64,000 bases of DNA from assembly GCA_035084275.1 (NCBI GenBank), contig CM068763.1, forward strand, positions 10,850,001 to 10,914,000, given 5' to 3'. Numbering within the stretch: position 1 is the first letter of the stretch; every line of letters begins with the position of its first letter. The notes below the pieces were generated by a model. The model made no database searches and was not told the origin of the DNA. It worked only from the letters and a program-made list of their open reading frames with translations. Positions 45,802 through 57,155 of this stretch are shown one piece after another. Source of the DNA: Hydrolagus colliei. Lineage: Eukaryota. The translations under genes were made by a program, and so were the position numbers.

Positions 45802-46883
45802 CTGCACCCTAAATTAAACCACATCTTGTGATGGTAGAAAAACGAAGCGAGACACAATTAGAAATACAGATACAGCCAATCACACAAATACTCGCCTTCT
45901 TGTGGAGCCAGAAAGAACTTTTAAAAGAGAGGCACACATTTATTTGGGGAGGACGAGTTTGCGAGGTTATAGGGAGAGAGCTGGGGAGTGGATTCTGATA
46001 TAGCGTTTTTCACATTTTATCGACCTCTCAAAGCGCTTACAGAATAGTGTAAAGTGAATCGACTGTATATATTTGTGGGTGAAACGTGGCAGCCAATTGC
46101 GCACAGCAGTGTCCCCCAGAAACAGTCGTGGATTGAAATAACCAATTTAATATACTTTTTTTGACGGATTATTATTAGGTGTGTGTGTGTGTGTGTGTGT
46201 GGATTAAGGAAACTTGACCAAGGTTTCGTCCTGATCAGCCTGGATTCGAATGCAGTTTCTAACACTCGTAAGCCGAGTGCTCTAACCACAGGAGCTCCAC
46301 TAATTGTTGTTGTCTGTTGTTCGATTCCAGGCAGGGTGAAACCTTTGGCAAGTTTCCTTGCTCCACACGCCTTATAATAATCTCTCCAAAAATAAATCAA
46401 AAATAAGTAGGTAATGCTGTGCGCAATTGGCTGCCATGTTTCACCCAGAAATATGTCATTCACTTTACAGTTCACTCTGTGAGACATCTCGAAAGCTCTA
46501 TATCAAAGGTAAGGATTATTATATTTTCAATACTAACCTTTTGAATAACGCAGCAAACAGTTCAACACAATTTTAACTGAATTTGCTCTAAAGACTCACA
46601 AACAACAACAACAAAATACAACATTTACAGAGCGGCTTTCACATTGGGAGGAGGTCCCAAGGCGCTATCATTGAATAGTTTATTTTCAGGGTGTTAGATT
46701 GCAGCAACATCTGTCCTAGTTTCGCTTCTACATGAAGATTGAATTGAATCAGTGTTTAAGTGTCACCACAATCTCACTGACCTCCGCCAGCAAAGGAACC
46801 TCACACCAGATTACCAGCAAAATTCGCTGCCTCCTCTCAGCCACACTCAAATACGATTGATTTAAAATATTATTGGTATAATA

Positions 46884-47030
46884 NNNNNNNNNNNNNNNNN
46901 NNNNNNNNNNNNNNNNNNNNNNNNNNNNNNNNNNNNNNNNNNNNNNNNNNNNNNNNNNNNNNNNNNNNNNNNNNNNNNNNNNNNNNNNNNNNNNNNNNNN
47001 NNNNNNNNNNNNNNNNNNNNNNNNNNNNNN
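46884..47030. other. Assembly gap (147 N)
   Basis: Run of N bases at the position where the paralogous blocks have a (TG)/(CA)-rich tract. Confidence 1.
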
Positions 47031-48554
47031 ATACACACACAGACATACAGACACATGCATATACAGTACTCAGAGACTCACACACACAAACGAGAGGATA
47101 TTACTTCTTCATAGACACACATAATGACTCACAGTCGTGAGACACACACACACAGAGAGACACAGAGACTCTCACAGCCACACCAGCCACACTCACCTCC
47201 TTGTCAAGTCAGAAACACATGTAGAGAAGCCTTATTTAAAATAACTAAACTCCAGCCTGTTATAATGCCTTTTGGGGGCAATATATCTATATAATAATTA
47301 TTATTACAGATCTATCTGTATTATTGTTATAGCTCTATCTGTATAAATCTAATTAATGATATAAATCCTAAACTGAACACAAGAAACATATTATTTTCGG
47401 GGAGACTCCACAGAGAATCACTAACTCAATCACTAACACCAGCCTGTGTAATGTGTTAATAATAATAATAATACAGGTACTTGCATTTGATGTAGTAAAG
47501 TCTCTCTCTCTCTCACACACACACACAGCCCCCACGCTGATGTAGTTCTGGTGCAATACTGTGTCACTAACAGTTTGGCTTCTGATATGTGCAGATATGT
47601 GAGTGTGTGAAGGGTTTGCAAATATATAGATTCACACATTCAATATAAACCCCATCCCCCCCCCGCCCCCCCCCCCCCCCAGCTTATTCAGCAGCTTCAG
47701 TTAGCTTCTTTGGGTGAAACATCTTGGTTTCTCTATGTGTGAGAGTAACGCTCTCCACGAGTTGTGAAACATGTAAATGCGGTTCAATGTTGTGGTTGCT
47801 GATTCTGCTGATAATGTGGTTGACTGCTCCTCTGTAGACCTCACCCCCCCTCTCCTCCCTTCCCCTCCTCCCTCTCTCCCTCTCCTCCCTCTCCCCACTC
47901 TCCCCCTCCTCCCTCTCCCCCCCCGTCCCTCTCTCCCCCTCCTCCCTCTCCGCCTCCCCCCTCTCTCCCTCTCCGCCTCCTCCCTCTCCCCTGTCCCCCT
48001 CCTCTCTCCCACTCCTCGCTCTCCCTCCCTCCTCTCTCTCCCCTGTCCCCCTCCTCCCTCTCCCCTGTCCCCCTCCTCTGCCTTTCCCCTATTGACTGCT
48101 CAGTGTATCTTCCCGGTGGATGACCCTAATGAACAATATTATTATTGTATATCTATGTATAAATCTTTCATCATTATATATCTACATTATTATTCTGTAT
48201 AAATCTATTGATGTGAATCCTAAACCCAACACAAGAACCACAATAAACATGCAGGTTGTGAGACACATTATTTTTCTGGAGATTCACAAACTCAATCACT
48301 AACACCAGCCTGTTTAATGTTTAATAAGAAGAAGAATACTTGCATTTGATGTAGAAAATAAATTGTCTGCCAGGCTCTCTCTCTCTCTCTCTCACACACT
48401 TATGTAGCTTGCGGGCAAAACCGTGTGACAATTTTGTTTCTGGACGAGTCGGTGGATGTGGGTGTGACCACATTGAAATTTAATGTGGAGAAATGTGAGG
48501 TGATGGATTTTGGGAGGACAAATGAGGGGAGGCAATATGGGCTAGGGTGCAGAG

Positions 48555-48860
48555 GAGCCCCCCGCCCCAACCCCCCCACCATCGGAGGCCAGGCCTTCAG
48601 TTTCTCCGCTCCCACCCTATGGAATGCCATCCCCCAATCCCTCCGTCTCCTTTCTTCCCTTTCCTCTTTCAAGGCCGGTTTGAAGACTTTCCTCTTCGAC
48701 CGTGCCTTTCGTTCCCCGCCCCCCCCCGAACTCTTCGACCTCCCCCCTTCGTGTTTCACCCCTTCCCAAACACTCCCCTCCCAGCTCGGGTCACACACGC
48801 CTCCTGTGCAGCGCCTTGGGACGTCCTCCCGACATGAAAGGCGCTCTATAAATGTCAATT
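48555..48860 (+). mobile_element. L2 LINE 3' end
   Basis: PRPNPPTIGGQAFSFSAPTLWNAIPQSLRLLSSLSSFKAGLKTFLFDRAF and the tail GCGCCTTGGGACGTCCTCCCGACATGAAAGGCGC, closely matching the 3' end of the 59127-60914 element. Confidence 0.85.
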
Positions 48861-50552
48861 CTTGTTCTTGTGGTTGAAAGCAGTCATGCGGTTTTTCAGT
48901 AAACTTTGAAATACTTGGAAATAGACAAACACTTTTCTATGGACACACCCCAGCTATTCTGTTGGTTGATGACTGATCTGTATATAGAAAATCACACTCA
49001 CATCCAGGAACCGTGACACTCTTCTACATTAGCAACATCAGTGTGGGGCTGTGTGTTTGTGAGAGAGAGACAGAGAGAGAGAGCCTGGCAGACAATTTAT
49101 TTTCTACATCAAATGCAAGTATTATTATTATTATTAAACATTAAACAGGCTGGTGTTAGTGATTGAGTTTGTGATTCTCCAGAAAAATAATGTGTCTCAC
49201 AACCTGCATGTTTATTGTGGTTCTTGTGTTGGGTTTAGGATTCACATCAATAGATTTATACAGAATAATAATGTAGATATATAATGATGAAATATTTATA
49301 CATAGATATACAATAATAATATTGTTCATTAGGGTCATCCACCGGGAAGATACACTGAGCAGTCAATAGGGGAAAGGCAGAGGAGGGGGACAGGGGAGAG
49401 GGAGGAGGGGGACAGGGGAGAGGGAGGAGGGGGAGAGAGTTTTGTTTTGTTGTTGTTGAAGCTCTTCAACTTGGTGGTGGGGTGTGGTGGGTTGACCCGA
49501 ATGTGTGATTGAATGTGTGAATCTATATATCTCCAAACCACACACACTCACACATCTGCACATATCAGAAGCGAAACTGTTAGTGACACAGTATTACACC
49601 AGAACTACATCAGTGTGGGGGCTGTGTGTGTGTGTGTGAGAGAGAGAGAGACTTTACTACCTCAAATGCAATTACCTGTATTATTATTAACACATTACAC
49701 AGGCTGGTGTTAGTGATTGAGTTAGTGATTCTCTGTGGATCGCCCCCAAAAATAATCTGTTTCTTGTATTCAGTTTAGGATTTATATCATTAATTAGATT
49801 GATACAGATAGAGCTATAACAATAATACAGATAGATCTGTAATAATAATAATTATATAGATATATTGCCCCCAAAGGCACTATAACAGGCTGGAGTTTAG
49901 TTATTTTAAATAAGGCTTCTCTATATGTGTTTCTGACTTGACAAGGAGGTGAGTGTGGCTGGTGTGGCTGTGAGAGTCTCTGTGTCTGTGTGTGTGAGTG
50001 TATGTCTGTGAGTGTGTGTCTCACGACTGTGAGTCTCTATGTGTGCCTATGAAGCAATCTCCACTCGTTTGTGTGTGTGTGTTTGAGTCTCTAAGTACTG
50101 TACGTGCATGTGTCTGTATGCCTGTGTGTGTGTGTGTGTGTGTGTGTGAGAGCGTGTGTCTCGCTGTGTGTCTCTGTGTATGTGAGAGAGCCTGGCAGAC
50201 AGTTTATTATATCAATAATATTTTAAAAGAGTCGTATTTGAGTGTGGCTGAGAGGAGGCAGCGAATTTGGTGCGGGAAAACAGTGAAACAGTGGCAACGT
50301 TTTACTGCGTTCAATCTTAATATAGAAGCGAAACTGACAGAGAGTTCCAAGGACATTAGACTGAGAACAGACAGAGACTGTTCATTCCTGGCAAAGTTTT
50401 AACACAAGTTATCAACCATTTCCTACAGTTGAGAAATTGCATCTTTCTGTATTTACAAAGTTAAAAGAAACAGTGAAAGGTGGAGATGGTCCCGGTGTTT
50501 ACCAGGTGTCGTTGCTGCTTTTTGTTGACAGGTTGACATGAGACAAAGTGGG

Positions 50553-52960
50553 ATGAAAACTCTTCTGCCTGTTTTGGTGGCATTTGGCTTCAGATTAGTG
50601 GTTGGTAAGTATCTTTATTTGGTAGTTTTTGTTCCCTTCCGACCTGTTTTACACGAGGAAGGTTTATTGTTTGAGGATTACAAGATGAGCTACGTTTAGT
50701 AATAGAAGGTGAGGAAGTGTGTACAGTAGCCACTGTTGTTAGAATGAATTTCTAGACACAAATGATCATGTTATAACAGGGTGGGCATCTAGTTACTACA
50801 GTAAACTGATAACTGGACCCCGGCTTAACGTGTCAATAACACTTAAGTCATCATGCTGTCAGTGGCAACAATTAGTTTTGTATTTATACTGAACCCGTCA
50901 CTCAGGAAACTCTTCACTAAACCTTATCCTTGGAGCGCCACATAAGTGCAAGTCCTTACTGGACTAATTGAGAGCTCACCAGATAATAATAATAAGCTTT
51001 GCATTTGATATAGTGCTTTTCACATCTTACCGATGTCTTATCGATGTCTCAAAGCATTTCACAGAATGTATTGTAAAGTGAATTGACTATACAGCATATA
51101 TACATATACACACAGACACATATATGTGGGTGAAACACGGCAGCCAATTGCACACAGCAGTGCCCCTACAAACAGTCACAAGTACACAAAACATCAAGTC
51201 CAAACAGATCTCCCTCCCCGCACCCAACCATCCCATGTGTCTCTCAAGTTGTAATATCCATTAAAGGGACACATGTGCTTCACTGAATAATCTCATGTTC
51301 TGACCCAGCTCATCAATATAATGTGTCCACAGCTGGATTTGAAGTGCGCGTCTCAAGAGAACCAGTAATTGCTATCCATGGACACGATGCAGTTCTGGGA
51401 TGCAGTTTTACTCCCAGTGGAACGTCAACACAGGGCGTTGTGATCACCTGGCAGCGTGAAGACACTAAGGAGACAGTTTACAGTTATTACAAGAGCCAAC
51501 ACCAGCACAGTGTACACAGTCCTCGCTATGTAACACGGACCAGTCTATTCCCGGCGGAGATTATAAAGGGAAATGCCTCATTGATACTCAAAGGAGTGCG
51601 ACCAGAGGACAGCGGAGAATATGTGTGTTATGTCAGCACAAAAAGTGAAGATGCCAAAGGAACAATCTCTCTACAATTCGCAGGTACATGTTTATTCACT
51701 CCGAGACATTAAGTCTGGATGAACGACATTATACAAATAGAAGTTGTATTTGTGTCACTTTTCACAGAATATACCGTCAAGTGAATTGACTGTTTACTTT
51801 GCTGGTGAAATGCGGCAGCCAATCACAGCAGCGTCCCCACAAACAGTCGTGGACAGGGTCGTGTTGGTGGTTGAGGGGTAGCTAGGGGTGGGATTTGGAG
51901 TTCAGATTTATTTTATTTATGTAGCATTTTAGAGCGTCCAGAATTTAGTCATTCAGAAATACATTCATTTCTATGATTGTTATTTATTCAAGAGTAAATT
52001 TAGATCGCGGTGGAATCTCTTCCCCTACAAAGCTTTAACAATGTAATATTAGTGAGGCTATAATACAATATAAGTATAACATTTGTCATTAAGACTTTTC
52101 CAAGTTCATTATCACTGCTTGTACCTAAAGACTGTTGTTCTATTCCCCAGCATATTACAGGGAACCCATTTTATCGATCCAATTAGGAAAAAATGCAACA
52201 CTTTTTCGATTTGAATCCCAAGGCTTCCCTCAAGCTGTTATTTCCTGGTTCGATGAACAACACAAGAATATTTCTTCGCAAACGGACACTTTTTTCCAAC
52301 GGAATGCAGACGGCCTGTATTCAGTGAGTAGCACTCTGGAAATTGCTGACACGAGAGCAAACTCTTCGAAATACACATTCACGATAAGCAATGACGTCTT
52401 GGGACAATCACTTTCCAGGACATTTGTATTGACTTCAGGTGAGTTATTTTACCCGAACTCTGCAATCCGTGAATCTCTCCATTTCCCAATGCATGGCTGC
52501 ACATTCTGTTCTCTTGCACTGGCACTTAAGTTCTGGGTACACATTTCGCCCACACAATGTACAATCAGTACACATTACAGTGTATTTTCCAGGAAGTCTT
52601 GACAACATTAGGTTCAAATTACTATATATTTTTTAAAAATTATTGTGAGAAACTACTACAAAGCTCAGCACTGAAAGCACGGGTCATGGAATAAAATAGA
52701 TTTATTTTGTGTGTTTTACAGAAATCCAAAAGGAAACAGAATCGCCTGCCATTAGAAATCACTGGATACCGGCAGTCATTCTCATGTTTATTGAATTAAT
52801 AGTCATTTTAATTCTGGTGATGGTGCTGTTCATAAAGCATCGTAACTCAACAGAACATAAGAAATGCCATCAAAATGGACAATGGACGACACCACAAAAC
52901 CGTCAACCACATTGTACTAATTTGAACCCCAGCACTGTCTGGCCTCCAGATGTTCTGTAG
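50553..52960 (+). CDS. Gene E: B7-family type I membrane protein, 309 aa (314 from the upstream ATG at 50538)
   Basis: join(50553..50604, 51333..51683, 52151..52438, 52722..52960) = 930 nt, GT-AG phase-1 introns, open frame. Confidence 0.9.
51333..51683 (+). CDS. Gene E IgV exon
   Basis: ORF 51323-51712; CACAG|CT ... GCAG|GTACAT. Confidence 0.95.
52151..52438 (+). CDS. Gene E IgC exon (cysteine-free)
   Basis: ORF 52135-52602; CCCAG|CA ... TCAG|GTGAGT. Confidence 0.9.
52722..52960 (+). CDS. Gene E TM/cytoplasmic exon
   Basis: ORF 52709-52960; WIPAVILMFIELIVILILVMVLFI, tail ending PHCTNLNPSTVWPPDVL*. Confidence 0.85.
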
Positions 52961-53773
52961 TTGTTTGGAAGGATTGGTTGCATGGACACAAAGTATGATT
53001 GAAACCAAGCAATCTGATGGTCTATTTTATGAGTACTGATATAACTCATGCTTGTTGTTGTCATGTGACTCAATGGTTAAAGCACTCGCTTTACAAATGA
53101 GAGATCTGGGTTCAAATCCGGGCAGGTCAGGGCGAAAGTGCCAAAGAGAGAGAAAAACAGCAAAATAGCTTTAGTTGCCACCGTAAGGTTTCACTTTTAC
53201 ACTCACCTGATGTTCTACGAATCCCGAGATTTAGAAACAAAGTAAAAAATAAATGGCGTGTGTTTCAGTCGTCAATGTACTGTTCCAACCACCATAGACT
53301 TGCCTTCGATTGATGGGTGAGGTGAAGCCCAGAGGTGATCAAGGTCACAGGTATGGACAGGCTTTAAGTCTACTTCTGAACAACTGAGGAGATCACAGCC
53401 AAACACGAACTCACAGCACCTGCAAATGATGAAATGGAGTGAGCAAAATCATCCATATATACAACTAATTGTATTGTCTCACAAAGATCAGTCAAACTAG
53501 CAACAACGATCGATCCCACAGGGCTCCCATTACCCAAGGTTCAGATTCTTTCCTTTCACCACCACAGAGAAACACCATTGCACATGATTTACAGTCCATC
53601 CAAAGGACAATTGCAGACTTTCAACCTTCAGCTGACTTAACTACTCACTCAGAACCAACTCAGCCAAGTTAACAATTCAGCAAGTCAACAACCCCAACTG
53701 TGGTCCCAATTCCGCCTGACCCAAGGGAACTCCACTGAACTCCCATTAATATCAATAGACAAGACAAAGAAGA

Positions 53774-54133
53774 TGTTATAATATCAGAGATGAGGGTTAG
53801 GTTTGGACTGGTCAAAGGTCAGGAGGATTTCTGGATATATTTGGGATAGAAGTCCAAGAGTTAAGTTAGAACTGTTAGACCTGCAATATCAGTGAGACCT
53901 GTTAGACCTACAGGACAGTCCAGATAAGGTCAAGTATAGCAGCAGACAGACAGAACACCATCTTGAGATCAACCGACGTTCGATTCAGTTGAATCCTGTT
54001 TTAACCGGTAGTATACTTCTGTATTTTAACCAGTCTGTATTTCGCACTATATGAGTTTATTTATTAAAAACCGTACCTTTTGTTGAGGATTGTTGGGTCA
54101 TCGTTTGAACTCTCGGGATCGGAAATCCCAACA
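53774..54133 (+). mobile_element. Putative LTR (duplicate of 36925-37318)
   Basis: Same TGTT...AACA termini and upstream purine tract; copied along with the gene C/E downstream block. Confidence 0.45.
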
Positions 54134-56596
54134 AGCGTATACTGTGAAGCTCTTTGAGACGTCTCGAAGACGTCAAAAAGCGCGATATCAAATGCAAGGA
54201 TTATTATAAATATATCTGCGCGCACAGCACCCCCCTCTGTAGAGAAGCCATATTACAGTGTCCGACAGACATACAGGACACCCAGGAGGCATTGAGAAGA
54301 CATTACAACAAACGCAAGGTTTATTTTGTTTATTGAAATGCACACAGTAAACCAGGCTGACTGACTCATAACACCAGCTAGCTATTTGGGTCTTAAAAGA
54401 CTTCCATTGCCTTCCAAGTAACAATGAAGCACTTTATAATAAGAGTTCTACGAGATGAAAATTTGTTCTTTTAAACAATTATAAGAATTATCAGCAACCG
54501 ACACACATGGTCAATTATTTTTTGTGAAAAAAAAGTATTATTTAAAGTATTCCTTTAAGTATTTTCCGTGAATAAACAATAAGATCTTCCCTTTATGTGG
54601 CGGCCATCACACAAGACATTGCACAGCGGCCAAACGAGTGGGAGAGAGAGCAGCAATCGGCAGGGGGAGAGGCGTAGCTCCTGTAGCTCAGTGGTTAGAG
54701 CAGTCGCTTTACAAGCCTTAGAATTTTCGAATCCAGGCAGATCAGGGCAGAACCTTGGGCAAGTTTCCTTTCTCCGCACGCCTAATAATAATCCCCCACC
54801 CACCTCAGCCACCGAAAACCAAACAAACGCAATAATAAAATTGGTCATTTCAACCCACGGCTGTGGGGGACGCTGCTGTGAGCAATTGGCTGCCGCGTTT
54901 CGCCCGCAAATATACAGTCTATTCACTTTACAGTATATTCTGTGAAGCGCTTTGAGACGTCGATAAGATGTGAAAAAGCTCTCTATGAAATGCAGGGATT
55001 ATTATTATTATGTTGCTCATCATTAAATCATGCTTCAGTAAGCACTCGCAAATTAATTCAGGAGGAACAAAAAGTTAAAAGACGCAAGCCCGAAAATCTG
55101 TTTGCTGCCGTTACTTGCTTCGATCCACGCAGTAACTTGCAATACAAATGTAATGGCAGTCCAACGCAGTGTTTCAGATTAAGTGAAAACCCGTAGAGTT
55201 CAGAACCCAGCAGCCACGATAGGAAATCTAGACCCAGACAGTCACACAGACAAACTTCCAAGTTAGAGATTTCCCCCCTCACTGTGTTGTCTGGGGGTGT
55301 CTGTCTGTTCACTGACTGACTCTCACTGTCCCCCAACACAAAGCTCAACATCACTTAATACACAGAAGCTGCAAAAGTGAGTGACACAAACCTCAAAAGA
55401 CTAACAACAGAAAATAACTAACTCAATCACTAACACCAACCTGTTGATCTTCCCCTTTAAGGCGAAGTGTTCAAACACAGCAATCTGATTGACTGACAGC
55501 AAACTACAGGAACACAACTTCCACAATCTTTTTGACTCATACTGACCAAGGTTTCACCCTGATCAGCCTGGATTCAAACACAAGTCTCATGCTTGTAAGG
55601 CGAGTGCTCCAGTGTATTTTGTTGTTGTTTGTTGAGCGACCTGGGTTCGATTCCAGGCACGGTGAAACCTATGATAAGTTTCTTTGCTCCACATGCTGGG
55701 AGTCACACAACCGCTGAAATGGACTCATTCTTCACACGGGCATCTCTATCCTGCTCTCCTCTGTTTCCCCCACACTCTGGAACTCCATCCCGCGAAACCT
55801 TGGCCTCACTTCCTCCTGACGTGAAAGTCCCTCTCTAAATGTAATTGTGTTGTTGTTGTTGCCTGGTCTACGCTGCCTTCACAGCTTGGACGGTGAAACT
55901 AGATGGCGTTTCACAACTTTCCTAACTTTTTCTTCCTCCCAAGTTAATTGCGAGGCTTTGAATGAAGATGATTTAAGGATGAACAACATGTGACGCACTG
56001 TGTTGTGCCTCTCCCCCTGCCGATCGCTGCTCTCTCTCCCACTTGTTTGGCCGCTGTGCAATGTCTTGTGTGATGGCCGCCACATAAAGGGAAGATCTCA
56101 TTGTTTATTCACGGAATAAATATTTATGGAAGAAACTTTTTGTATCAAAAAATAATTGACCGTGTGTATTTGCTGCTAATTCTGGTGATTTGTCTTTAAA
56201 AAAAGGAATTTTAATCTTGCAAAACACTACTATAAAATGCTTCATTGTTACATGGAAGATCATGGAAGTCTTTTATGACACAAATAGCTAGCTGGTGTTT
56301 TTTTCACATGAGTCAGTCAGCCTGGTTTACTGTGTGCATTTTAATAAACAAAATAAACCTTGCGTTTGTTGTAATAACAACAACAACAACTTCAATTTAT
56401 ATAGCGCCCTCCACGCCGGACAGCGTCTCAGAGCGCTTCACAGTAGTGGATCCCGGGACCGAGCCAGGGGCAGGGACAGAAAGGTGACCAAAAGCTCTTC
56501 TCAATGCTCCCTGGGTGTGCTGCATATGTCTGTCAGACACTATAATGTGGCTTCTCTACAGTGGGAGGTGCTGTGTGCGCAATTATATTTATAATA

Positions 56597-56706
56597 ATAC
56601 CACTTGAAAACATCTCATTGAAACTAGAAAGAGTGAGACTGCAAGATGAGGGAAAGTACCTGTGTTTTGCTATATGTTACACAAATAGTCTCTCTTGTAG
56701 TGACAG
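56597..56706 (+). pseudogene. Gene A-type IgV exon 3' fragment with downstream intron
   Basis: ATACCACTTGAAAACATCTCATTGAAACTAGAAAGAGTGAGACTGCAAGAT...GTGACAG|GTATGT with an internal deletion; 56707-57300 closely copies 11137-11730. Confidence 0.85.
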
Positions 56707-56782
56707 GTATGTATCTGATTTGTATTTTGTGTAAAAACGTTTATTTCGTGTGAGAAGCCTTCTTGGTTTCCATAATGGTGCA

Positions 56783-57155
56783 GGCCCCAGCGTGGCTCAG
56801 TTGGTTGAACTCTTGTCTCCGAGTCAGAAGGTTGTGGGTTCAAGCTCCTCACAGGGACTTTGTTGACCCTCCGATGCAGTGCTGGGAATCTACTGCATTG
56901 CTGCAGTTGCCATCGATCAGGAGAGAAGTTCAACTGAGGTCCTATCTGCCTGTTCAGGTGGATGTTAAAGATCCCCACGGCGTTTGTCTTAAAGAGAAGG
57001 GAGTTTCTCCCAGTTCCTTGCCAACTATTTCATGGCTGTTTGTAGGGCAAACATTGCACAAGTTGGCTACCGAGTTGGCCTACAAATTCACAGTCTGTAC
57101 CTCCCACAGTGAGATCCCGTGAGGCGCTTTGATATATCTGAACAAATGTAATAAG
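56783..57155 (+). mobile_element. DeuSINE (duplicate of 11213-11585)
   Basis: Nearly identical to the gene A intronic copy, including the flanks. Confidence 0.75.

Noticed and set aside
46749-47085. ORFs spanning the N run
   Set aside because: Artefacts of the assembly gap.
19767-52960. Assignment as butyrophilin or as a named orthologue (CD276, VTCN1, HHLA2, ICOSLG)
   Set aside because: No heptad or B30.2 exons were seen, and the TM exon runs to a stop. Similarity to named B7 members cannot be resolved without a phylogeny, so no symbol is given.
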